DNA from: a virus
Taxonomy: Duplodnaviria > Caudoviricetes
Strand: one strand, 5' to 3'
Virus record (IMG/VR): IMGVR_UViG_3300022200_008215
Location: 1-53,868 of that record
Length of the DNA: 53,868 nucleotides
Below are positions 45,763 through 53,868 of this stretch, one piece after another. The notes beneath the pieces were generated by a model. The model ran no database searches and was not told the origin of the DNA. It saw only the letters and a list, made by a program, of their open reading frames with translations. A program made the position numbers and the translations under genes. Positions within the stretch are counted from its first letter, which is position 1. Every line of letters begins with the position of its first letter.

Positions 45763-45794
45763 GAAAGATAGTAAAAATATAGATAGTAAACTAC
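45763..45794 (-). promoter_or_regulatory. Bacteroidota sigma70-type promoter (variant)
   Basis: GTAG-N20-TATCTTTC upstream of ATG 45747. Confidence 0.45.
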
Positions 45795-45800
45795 TATATA

Positions 45801-47159
45801 CTATGGATTAATCTTAACCCAACCTCCGTCTGTATAGAAATACAAGTTAGGAGCACTATCAGATCCGGATACCATTAGCATTCCAGCTTCAGAACCGGAA
45901 GGAGTTGAATCTCTATTTACAAGCTGTATAATACCTGTGTAATTTCCAGTGATGTCTCCTGTATTTCCTGTTACTGTTAAGCTTTGAACAACTGCTTGGT
46001 AGTCTCTACTTGAGCTTATATTAGTTCCTCCTAGTACTACTGATCCTGTGTGTGCTGTATAATTACTAATACCCCCCACTATTGCGCTATCTCTTCCAGA
46101 TATTATGTTACTTTCTCCTCCAATAATAGCTGAGCTTATTCCTGTTGCTGTTATTATATTCTCTCCTCCTCCAATAATAGCTGCTGTGCTTCCAGATACT
46201 ATGCTTCCTTTTCCCCCGAGTAAGATTGAGCAATTCCCTAATGTCGTGCCCCCTGATCCTCCAATAGTAACTGAGTTATCCCCTGATGTGGTATTACATA
46301 TGCCGAGAGCTATAGCTCCTACTCCTGTAGCTGTGCTTCGCTGTCCGCCGGCGAGAGCATAGGTTTGTGTAGCTTTATTACATGATCCTCCTAATACTGT
46401 TGCATAATCTGCTGAAGCAGTTGCATTATTTCCCCCTATAACTGTTGAATACTGTCCTGATGATATAGAATTAAAATTAAGATTATTTGGTTTAATAGCA
46501 CCTGTGTTTGAACCTGTTTGAAAAATCTCTCCTGTTGCTGTTGCTGTTACTCCTGTTAACCCTGATCCGTCTCCTGTAAAAGATCCTGTGAAAGATCCTG
46601 TAAATGGGTTTGCTAGGGATATAAACTGTGCTGAAGATGAAATAATATTGGCAGGAATATTTGTAATTCCTGTATATGAAATTTGTCCTGATCCTGATAC
46701 TAGGTTAGATGGTAAAGTAAGACTTGTTAACCCTGATCCGTCTCCTACAAAAGATCCTGTGAAAGATCCTGTGAAAGGGTTTGTTAGAGTTATAAACTGT
46801 GCTGAGGAAGAAACGATATTAGCAGGAATATCGGTAATTCCTGTATATGAAATTTGTCCTGATCCTGATACTATATTAGGTGGTAAAGAGAAAGAAAGAT
46901 TAGTAAGTTCTGAACCATCACCTGAAAATGATCCACTAAATGAACCGCTAACTCCTGTAGTATTTATAAAATCAACATTAACGCTTGACCCGCTTATAAT
47001 TAAAGAGCCCGTAATAGATGCATCACCGTTTCTAGATCCATCCCACTCAGCTACTGCTGTTATACCTGTTAGACCTGTTCCATCTCCATAAAAACCAGCT
47101 GATGCTGATACACTACCAGTGATTATTAAGGAGTTATTTAATACGTGTTGATTAGCCAT
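45801..47159 (-). CDS. Tail-fibre-like protein with beta-helical repeats
   Basis: GSFxGDGSGLT repeats and S.IIGG..N beta-roll repeats. Confidence 0.7.
   Translation of the reverse strand: MANQHVLNNSLIITGSVSASAGFYGDGTGLTGITAVAEWDGSRNGDASITGSLIISGSSVNVDFINTTGVSGSFSGSFSGDGSELTNLSFSLPPNIVSGSGQISYTGITDIPANIVSSSAQFITLTNPFTGSFTGSFVGDGSGLTSLTLPSNLVSGSGQISYTGITNIPANIISSSAQFISLANPFTGSFTGSFTGDGSGLTGVTATATGEIFQTGSNTGAIKPNNLNFNSISSGQYSTVIGGNNATASADYATVLGGSCNKATQTYALAGGQRSTATGVGAIALGICNTTSGDNSVTIGGSGGTTLGNCSILLGGKGSIVSGSTAAIIGGGENIITATGISSAIIGGESNIISGRDSAIVGGISNYTAHTGSVVLGGTNISSSRDYQAVVQSLTVTGNTGDITGNYTGIIQLVNRDSTPSGSEAGMLMVSGSDSAPNLYFYTDGGWVKINP
46545..46886 (-). repeat. Tandem 171-bp (57 aa) internal duplication
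   Basis: LPPNIVSGSGQISYTGITDIPAN...GDGSGLTSLT followed by LPSNLVSGSGQISYTGITNIPAN...GDGSGLTGVT. Confidence 0.88.
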
Positions 47160-47171
47160 GTTTTGATTTAT

Positions 47172-49598
47172 TTATACTTGTCGTTTAAATGCTGTGATTA
47201 ACATATTTACTTCGTAAGTACCGCTGGCAGCGTCTAACTGCAAGGTTGCAGTTGAACCATCAGAAGTGATATTAAATGATGTGAGGTTAATACCATCGGT
47301 TGTTTCGGTATGAGAATCGTTAATTGTAGTTCCTCCTGATTGATCCCAAGCTCCTAATAGAGTTCCAATTTTCTTTTCATCTTCACCGGTATTAGTTAAA
47401 GAATAATCTGCTTTAAATCCTGTATACCCGGTACCTGATATTGAAAATTGTTTTATATTGTGAGTTCCTGATAAGGAGCTTGAATGAAAGTGAATTAATT
47501 CTACTCCTGGAGCTCCTGGAAATCCTGTTGAACTTACTGTAATTGTATTAGAAACATCTAATGCTCCCGATACTATCAAGGATCCTGTAATAGATGCATC
47601 ACCATCTCTAGATCCATCCCATTCTGAGGTTATTCCTGTTAGCCCTGTTCCGTCTCCTACAAAAGATCCTGAAAATATAGAGCCTGATATAGAGGCTACT
47701 TTTGTAAAGTCAACTATATTATTAGAACCTGATACTATAAAGGAGCCGGTAATGTTTGCATTTCCATTATGAGTTCCATCCCATTCAACCCCTGTTAAGT
47801 TAGATCCATCCCCGTAATAAGATGTAGCTACTACTGACTGACTTACTAATAACGAACCGCTTATAGTTACGGTATTTATAGAGAAGTCACCACCGATTAG
47901 AGGATTACCTGATCCGGATGCTATATAAAGTCGGTTGTTTTCAGTTGTGTTTGGCGTTGATGGGCCTGCTGTATTACCTATGTATATATTGCTTTGTCCG
48001 CTTTTAAGATTGAGTCCTGCACAAGTTCCTATTGCAGTATTAAAGTTACCACCAACTGTACTTACATTGAAAAGGTTAGTAAGTGTGCGATAACCTACTC
48101 CTGTATTGTATCCGTTTCCTGCTACGCTTTTCAAAGAATCATAACCCAAACTAGTGTTCCCAGTACCTGTTGTTAATACACAGAGTGTACTAAACCCAAT
48201 ACCAGTATTTCCAGATCCATCTCCTATAGCTGATGCCATAGCGCAAGATCCTATTACAGTGTTAGCATTTCCAGTATGGGTTTGTGCTGCTTTGAACCCT
48301 ACTGCTGTAGTGTCTCCTCCTATACATTTTCCTGCACAGGAACCTATTGCAATATGTCTGTACGATACTGTAGGGGTATTTGCTGCTGCGCAGTATCCTA
48401 TAGCTATACTATCTGTTGGGGTCCCTATAGAACTACTATAATTCTGATAACCTAGTGAAAGGGTAGATGTAGCTTTATTAAAAATACTTATATTTGTATC
48501 TACGGTTACTCTTCCATTAAGGTCAGATTCTCCATATACTGTAAGTGATCCGGTTACTGTAGAAGATCCTGATACTATTATTGGACCTACTAGAGTAAGG
48601 CTTCCTGTAATGCCAGCTGAGCCTGTATATGGGAATGTGTCTGCAGATACTCCGGTTAAACCAGAGCCATCTCCTACAAAAGAGCCACTAAATATAGATC
48701 CTGATATAGCTGTTACGTTTGTAAAATCTATATTAATATCCGATCCACTTATAATAAGGGATCCTGTAATAGATGCATCACCATCTCTAGATCCATCCCA
48801 TTCTTGTGTTACGGTTAGTCCTGTTAAGTTAGTTCCATCTCCATGAAATGAACCTGAAAAGATAGAGGCTGATACCTGACTGCTAAAGGTAATCTGACCT
48901 GTTCCAAAATCCCCGTACATTAACGGTGTGTCCGATCCTGTATTATGAATGTAAAGTTTATTTGATTGAGCTGTATTTATTTCAGGACCTGCCTGGTATC
49001 CAATGTATATATTATCATCTCCAGAGGTGAGGGTAATCCCAGCTTCTTTCCCGATTGCAATATTGTTATTACCGCTGGCTGCACCACCTAACGCTCCATA
49101 ACCTATTACTGTAGATCCAGATGCATCGGTTGCGTTATCTAGGGATTGGTATCCAATTGCTATGTTATCTACTCCTATTAAATTTTCTCCTGATTGGTAT
49201 CCTATTAATATGTTTTTATTAGCTCCTGAAATATTTCCTCCAGCCTGTTCTCCTATAAGTATATTTTCATTCGTATCATCTAAGTATAAACTCCCTGATA
49301 GTCTAAGAACTGTCCCGTCAAAATTAAAATTAGGCTCCCCCTGTAGAGACCCACTTAATCCAGTAGCAGTCAGCATGTACCCGCTTACATTATTTGTTAT
49401 AGAAACTGAGCCTGTTGATCCAGCACCAATAGGTATAGTGTAGAAGTCCCCTGCAGTTGTATCGAAATGGAGTCTTAGTGTAGCTCCATCATCATGAATC
49501 GAACTTGAATAAAATACAGAGCGGAAGTTATCATCCATCTGTTGATGTGAAAGAGAGGTACCTAATTCTAACCTATATGTAATTCCCGGGATTGCCAT
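47172..49598 (-). CDS. Tail-fibre-like protein with YadA-head-like N.AIG repeats
   Basis: Two blocks of NIAIG/NTGVG repeats, three EWDG...ITGS modules. Confidence 0.72.
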   Translation of the reverse strand: MAIPGITYRLELGTSLSHQQMDDNFRSVFYSSSIHDDGATLRLHFDTTAGDFYTIPIGAGSTGSVSITNNVSGYMLTATGLSGSLQGEPNFNFDGTVLRLSGSLYLDDTNENILIGEQAGGNISGANKNILIGYQSGENLIGVDNIAIGYQSLDNATDASGSTVIGYGALGGAASGNNNIAIGKEAGITLTSGDDNIYIGYQAGPEINTAQSNKLYIHNTGSDTPLMYGDFGTGQITFSSQVSASIFSGSFHGDGTNLTGLTVTQEWDGSRDGDASITGSLIISGSDINIDFTNVTAISGSIFSGSFVGDGSGLTGVSADTFPYTGSAGITGSLTLVGPIIVSGSSTVTGSLTVYGESDLNGRVTVDTNISIFNKATSTLSLGYQNYSSSIGTPTDSIAIGYCAAANTPTVSYRHIAIGSCAGKCIGGDTTAVGFKAAQTHTGNANTVIGSCAMASAIGDGSGNTGIGFSTLCVLTTGTGNTSLGYDSLKSVAGNGYNTGVGYRTLTNLFNVSTVGGNFNTAIGTCAGLNLKSGQSNIYIGNTAGPSTPNTTENNRLYIASGSGNPLIGGDFSINTVTISGSLLVSQSVVATSYYGDGSNLTGVEWDGTHNGNANITGSFIVSGSNNIVDFTKVASISGSIFSGSFVGDGTGLTGITSEWDGSRDGDASITGSLIVSGALDVSNTITVSSTGFPGAPGVELIHFHSSSLSGTHNIKQFSISGTGYTGFKADYSLTNTGEDEKKIGTLLGAWDQSGGTTINDSHTETTDGINLTSFNITSDGSTATLQLDAASGTYEVNMLITAFKRQV

Positions 49599-49639
49599 GT
49601 TATGTCTTTATTATAAATATCTTTATATTAATTACTTTT

Positions 49640-50926
49640 CTAACCTAGATAAGTTGTTCTACTAGTTTCATACCAGTAGTTTCCATCAGATACAAAACTA
49701 ATTGTATATGTTTTACTTTTTGCCACTGTTAAGTTTCCTTGTACTTTAAAATTAGTATCAAATGATACCGTATTTGTAGATAATATGTTAGGTTCTATAA
49801 TCACTGTTGCCTCTATCCCTGATATTATTTCTCCTGAAGTAAATGTAATATCTCCAGTGATTGGAGCTTTTACAATTTTGCTTGTGGCAATACCCAGGTC
49901 TTGTGTGTCTACAGGGTTTATGGTATACTTTCCTCTCATCTGTCCGTTAACATCTAAGGTTACGGAAGGGGCATTTGTTGCAATACCGACTCTTTGGTTT
50001 GATTTAAATGTTGCAATAGAAGTTGCACTAGCGTAGGTTTCGTCAGTAGATGATATAATTGAAAAAGAATTCTCCCCTGTGGTTGGGGTTCTGCTACTGT
50101 ATTCTGATAAGCTAATTACTACGTGTCCTCCTTTAGAGTTTGTGCTTGTAAGAGGGCCAGAGAGCATTACTCCATATTCGTTAATATTACTGCCTAGTAC
50201 ATTACTTTGGTAAACTGTAGATGGAATAGGTCTTATAATAGACTGTGTACCCCTATCTCCTGTTTTCTGAACACCTATTCCTTCAGCTCCTAGAACGGAT
50301 AGTTGTCTATTTGTGTTACTATCAAATATACCTAAACCTATTGAGGTAAGTGTTGAAATAGTGTTACTATTAATTTGTAAATTGAGCTTATTTACAGCCT
50401 CTAGGTATATGTTACTTCCTTGGGTATCGGTTGTATCGGTTTTTCCTATCTGTCCAAGTCTAGTTGTCCCATTATAGAATACTATTTGAGCTTTGTTGGT
50501 TGGAGTACTTACTCCTGATGTTGCAAGTCTTATCGTTGCTGTGTTATTAATATCACTAACTATATGAAGTCTGTCGTTCACTAAGTCTGTTCCTATACCT
50601 ACACGGAAACGAGTATTATCGTAATACAGCCTAGAGCTTCCTCCGAAGACTCCGTTATTATTATATTGAATAGCTCCGTTAGGTCCGTCAGGATTGCTTC
50701 CTGATATAACTGTAGTGGTTGTTCCTCCGTTAATACTCACTGATTGATACCGGTCAGGTCCGTAATCTTCTGTTCCTGTATCTAAGGAATCACTTCCGGT
50801 ATAGTGAAGTCTGAGTTCTGATCCGCTATTGTGAATAGAGCTTGAATAGAAGAGTTGGGACATGTTTCTGTCCATTTCTTCATACGTTAATGCTGATCCT
50901 TTAAGTGTTCTTAAAATAATACTCAT
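49640..50926 (-). CDS. Tail-fibre-like protein
   Basis: KGSALTYEEMDRN anchor motif, GAIQYNNNGVFGG, RVGIGT / VGIATNAP..TLDVNG. Confidence 0.72.
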   Translation of the reverse strand: MSIILRTLKGSALTYEEMDRNMSQLFYSSSIHNSGSELRLHYTGSDSLDTGTEDYGPDRYQSVSINGGTTTTVISGSNPDGPNGAIQYNNNGVFGGSSRLYYDNTRFRVGIGTDLVNDRLHIVSDINNTATIRLATSGVSTPTNKAQIVFYNGTTRLGQIGKTDTTDTQGSNIYLEAVNKLNLQINSNTISTLTSIGLGIFDSNTNRQLSVLGAEGIGVQKTGDRGTQSIIRPIPSTVYQSNVLGSNINEYGVMLSGPLTSTNSKGGHVVISLSEYSSRTPTTGENSFSIISSTDETYASATSIATFKSNQRVGIATNAPSVTLDVNGQMRGKYTINPVDTQDLGIATSKIVKAPITGDITFTSGEIISGIEATVIIEPNILSTNTVSFDTNFKVQGNLTVAKSKTYTISFVSDGNYWYETSRTTYLG

Positions 50927-50940
50927 TTTTTATATCTTTA

Positions 50941-52059
50941 TTAGGTATAGTCTTCTAATTGTTTAAATCTATTTACTCCAAAGTTCATATCTAACTTTAC
51001 AATAATTGACATATCTGTATCTGCTGATGTAGGTAAGGGTTGTCCCATCTTTGCTACAGCTACTAGTTCGTGTACATCATTGTAAAGCCCGACAGTAGTT
51101 ATATACGGTTGGAAGTATGAACCTGATATATTTGCTTTTTTCTCACCTGTTGTAGTATCTAAAGCTGTTTTGTTTAATGTATGGTTAAATTCTGCAGTTT
51201 TAATCTTACAGTGGTAGTTGTGAGTATAAATAGGTTGATTTGATTTCCAGCTTATAATTGCGTTAACGTAATAGTTGTAGTACATTGCAATTTCATCATC
51301 GGTGATTATTATTTGACCGTGAGAGTATATTACATTTCCTACTACCCTGTTTCGGAAGTTTTGTACAGGTTCTTGATCTAGGTACTGTCCTGGTATTGGT
51401 TCTGTTTCTATTACGTACTCTGATTCGTTTTCAATATAGTCAAATTCGTTTTCATTATATTGTAGGTAGAGGTTACCTTCTCCATCATCTACTATTACTC
51501 CTAAGGTGGATAAAATAGAGTCGTATATGTTTTCTATATATAAGTTATCTTCCGGGTCAGATGAGGTTCCGTTTGGATCAGTTTCAGCGTCTGTTACGTA
51601 ATTATTTAGAATATAGTTGCTTCCTGTCCCTGGTAGGAGATCAGGTCTTATTGATACAGATCCTGGTTCAATGTGAGTACCGTACATCTCTTTGGGTAGA
51701 GAAAGTACTGCAATTCTTTCATTCAAATATCTTGATCCACTTATGTTGTATGAGGATTGAAGGTAGTTTTCATAGGAGCTGCTTGTGAGTATTTCTGAGT
51801 TATTAAATAGGCTGTAGTAGAGGTGGTGGGTGCTATGGAATGTTAACCTTCTGTTGAAGGAGGATGTTACTATACTGTTTACACCTCCACCGTAAACTAT
51901 ATCTTGAAGTTCAGAGTAGTACGGACGAGAGCCAGATAAACCAACTATGTTAAGTATTCCTAAATCTCCGTACTGGCTTCCGCTAGCAATCCATGATTTG
52001 CGAGCGGTATACGTCGTAATAAAAGCATCTTGTTGATTTAGTTTTTTGTAAGCGCTCAT
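50941..52059 (-). CDS. Putative baseplate/virion structural protein
   Basis: DDGEGNL, GNVIYSHG, EFNHTLN, PYITTVGLYND..ELVAVAK; paralogous C-terminus with the adjacent gene. Confidence 0.65.
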   Translation of the reverse strand: MSAYKKLNQQDAFITTYTARKSWIASGSQYGDLGILNIVGLSGSRPYYSELQDIVYGGGVNSIVTSSFNRRLTFHSTHHLYYSLFNNSEILTSSSYENYLQSSYNISGSRYLNERIAVLSLPKEMYGTHIEPGSVSIRPDLLPGTGSNYILNNYVTDAETDPNGTSSDPEDNLYIENIYDSILSTLGVIVDDGEGNLYLQYNENEFDYIENESEYVIETEPIPGQYLDQEPVQNFRNRVVGNVIYSHGQIIITDDEIAMYYNYYVNAIISWKSNQPIYTHNYHCKIKTAEFNHTLNKTALDTTTGEKKANISGSYFQPYITTVGLYNDVHELVAVAKMGQPLPTSADTDMSIIVKLDMNFGVNRFKQLEDYT

Positions 52060-52062
52060 TCA

Positions 52063-53085
52063 TTAATAGTCAAGTTTGATTCTAATTAAAGCTTCTTTTG
52101 TAAAATCTTTAAGTAACGGTCTTGATAATTTTGCTACTGCTACTAGGTCATTATTATCATTATACAGTCCAACTGTTGTAATATAAGCCTGTGGTGAATT
52201 AATCATTACATCATGAGTAATTTCTCCTGAACCGGTAATATTAGAGGGATTAGTAGAATAGTTAAATTCACTATTTCTTACTCGAACAAATACGTAATTA
52301 GAACTAATCGTTTCTTCAGACTGTAGACTAAAAGATTCTCCTTGTTTAATTGAGTTATAAATTTTAGCTGGATTGTTTACAGTACCTGTTACTCCATCTA
52401 CATTTACAGTACTTATTATATTTTCTGCTTCTATAGCTAATCTATTTAAAATAATTACCCCTACGTCTGGTAGAAATTTTCCGTAACTTCCATTAGCGGC
52501 TGAATATCCATCTCCTCCTTCGTCTACATTATAGGCGCTTCCTGCTGAGCCGCTTATAATTTCGTAGACTCGGCCTGCATCTACATAAGATATGGTTGTA
52601 GTATCGTTGCTGTTATCTGTTAAGTGAAGTATATTTGAACCGCTAGCTAGTATGAGTTCAAATGTACCGGGGAAAAGTTTTTCTTTATACCTACTTCTAT
52701 TAATGTTAATGAAGTAGAATGAGTCTGATGTTGTTGTTCCGAAAGTAAAAGCTGAATCTTCGTCTCCAAATACAAGGTTTCTGTATTGTCCGTATAGAGT
52801 AGTGGTGGGAGAAACTCCTGGTACGTTAGTATTATAGGGTGCTTCTCCTCTTCCTAACCTATCTCCATACCCTACAGCCATTTGACTTCTTGCAGTACTG
52901 TTGAACTGTACTGTATTAATATCTTGATCGTATATTGAATAGTAGTAATTTCCTGTGTTACTAGCTATTTGGGCAGAAGAAGTAAAAAAGGTGGTAAGTT
53001 CGATAGCATTTGTCGACCACAGGGGTGCTACAATTGAATCTGCACTTATTGAAATATCTTCTTGGTCTAATCTTTTAAATGACAT
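52063..53085 (-). CDS. Putative baseplate/virion structural protein
   Basis: EFNYSTNP, YITTVGLYNDNNDLVAVAKLSRP, IKLDY. Confidence 0.65.
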   Translation of the reverse strand: MSFKRLDQEDISISADSIVAPLWSTNAIELTTFFTSSAQIASNTGNYYYSIYDQDINTVQFNSTARSQMAVGYGDRLGRGEAPYNTNVPGVSPTTTLYGQYRNLVFGDEDSAFTFGTTTSDSFYFININRSRYKEKLFPGTFELILASGSNILHLTDNSNDTTTISYVDAGRVYEIISGSAGSAYNVDEGGDGYSAANGSYGKFLPDVGVIILNRLAIEAENIISTVNVDGVTGTVNNPAKIYNSIKQGESFSLQSEETISSNYVFVRVRNSEFNYSTNPSNITGSGEITHDVMINSPQAYITTVGLYNDNNDLVAVAKLSRPLLKDFTKEALIRIKLDY

Positions 53086-53091
53086 ATCTTA

Positions 53092-53754
53092 TTAGTTGTT
53101 TACTTTTACGATTGTGATTGGAATGGTAACTCTTGCTCCTGAGTCTCTTCCTATTACTGTAATGGTTGTTTGAAGAGTAGTTCTATCGGTTCCAAAGAGA
53201 GTGTTAACTGTAGTTGCAGCTAGGTTAATTGAGGTTCCAATAACTGTTTTAGATACATTTGTACCTAAGGTTGTTGTTGAATTTAATTGTTCTGCTGCTG
53301 GTGTGTTTACTCCTACTCCGTTATATGTTTGCATTGTTCTAGCGTCAGCGATAGTAGCTACATATCCTCCTGCTTCGAAAGTTTGAGAAGATCCTAAATA
53401 ATTTAAAGTTTGTGGAGTGATAGCTAAAGATGCTCCTTGCTTTAATCTTATTGCTGTATATCCTAAATCTAATATAGGAAGCTTAGCTGTTCCTCTTGGG
53501 AGAGTTGTAATCTTATATTTCATTATCTGGGTTTCGTCTGGAAAAGCTTCAAGTAGAGGAAGGTTTTCTATAGCCTGCCCGTAATAAGCAGAACCTAAAG
53601 GATGTAAAGGATTATATAGTGTATAGTCTATTTCATCATCCCCTAAGGCAAATTGTGTAATACTGAAGGAGCCATCTCCTCTAGCTAAAAGCTCTCTTCC
53701 TTTTTTAGTCAATATAGCATCGACTGTTACGATTGAATTATCTAAATATCCCAT
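53092..53754 (-). CDS. Putative baseplate/virion structural protein
   Basis: DAILTKKGRELLA, ITQFALGDDEIDY; preceded by TATTTATA at 53775-53782. Confidence 0.65.
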   Translation of the reverse strand: MGYLDNSIVTVDAILTKKGRELLARGDGSFSITQFALGDDEIDYTLYNPLHPLGSAYYGQAIENLPLLEAFPDETQIMKYKITTLPRGTAKLPILDLGYTAIRLKQGASLAITPQTLNYLGSSQTFEAGGYVATIADARTMQTYNGVGVNTPAAEQLNSTTTLGTNVSKTVIGTSINLAATTVNTLFGTDRTTLQTTITVIGRDSGARVTIPITIVKVNN

Positions 53755-53868
53755 GTTTGTTTTATTCTATATAGTATAAATATCTTATTTTTATGTTTTA
53801 CTTTTAATTTTATGGCTCTACTCCTGTGAAGTATAGAACCTGTGGGCAAAGTGAGCTTGAATATACTG

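Noticed and set aside
845-53386. Remaining short plus-strand ORFs in the track
   Set aside because: All lie antisense to well-supported minus-strand genes and show no recognisable motifs
1-53868. Stop-codon reassignment
   Set aside because: Core genes are full length in the standard code; TAA, TAG and TGA all end tightly packed genes
53810-53868. 3' end of an upstream minus-strand gene (possibly ...VYSSSLCPQVLYFTGVEP stop)
   Set aside because: Too short to fix the frame or function

Overview
A 53.9 kb AT-rich segment of a large, probably T4-like (myovirus-type) tailed phage genome; every credible gene is on the minus strand. In transcription order: baseplate/tail-fibre-like structural genes, a GT9-like glycosyltransferase, GIY-YIG and broken HNH genes, two Ser/Gly/Thr-repeat fibre proteins, three LamG proteins, an RMT2/GAMT-like methyltransferase, a minimal kinase, primase and exonuclease, a nucleotidyltransferase/HAD cluster, mosaic acidic proteins, then terminase, portal, prohead protease, scaffold, major capsid, PhoH, neck and tail-terminator genes, a glycosylation cassette (GT4 + Aah/TibC-like heptosyltransferase fusion, sugar C-methyltransferase) and the start of the tail sheath gene. 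Two promoter classes are visible: a Bacteroidota-type TTG-N20-TAnnTT element (6 copies, suggesting a Bacteroidota host) and a sense-strand TATTTATA element (16 copies, reverse complement of the T4 late promoter). Best candidates for new biology: (1) a shared MKLxxI(I/L)xE leader plus internal [LI]xE linkers suggesting protease-processed cargo enzymes packaged in the head, (2) phage-encoded O-glycosylation of Ser/Thr-rich virion fibres, (3) a compact structured RNA candidate at 44292-44344. All calls come from reading motifs by eye; no database searches were run.
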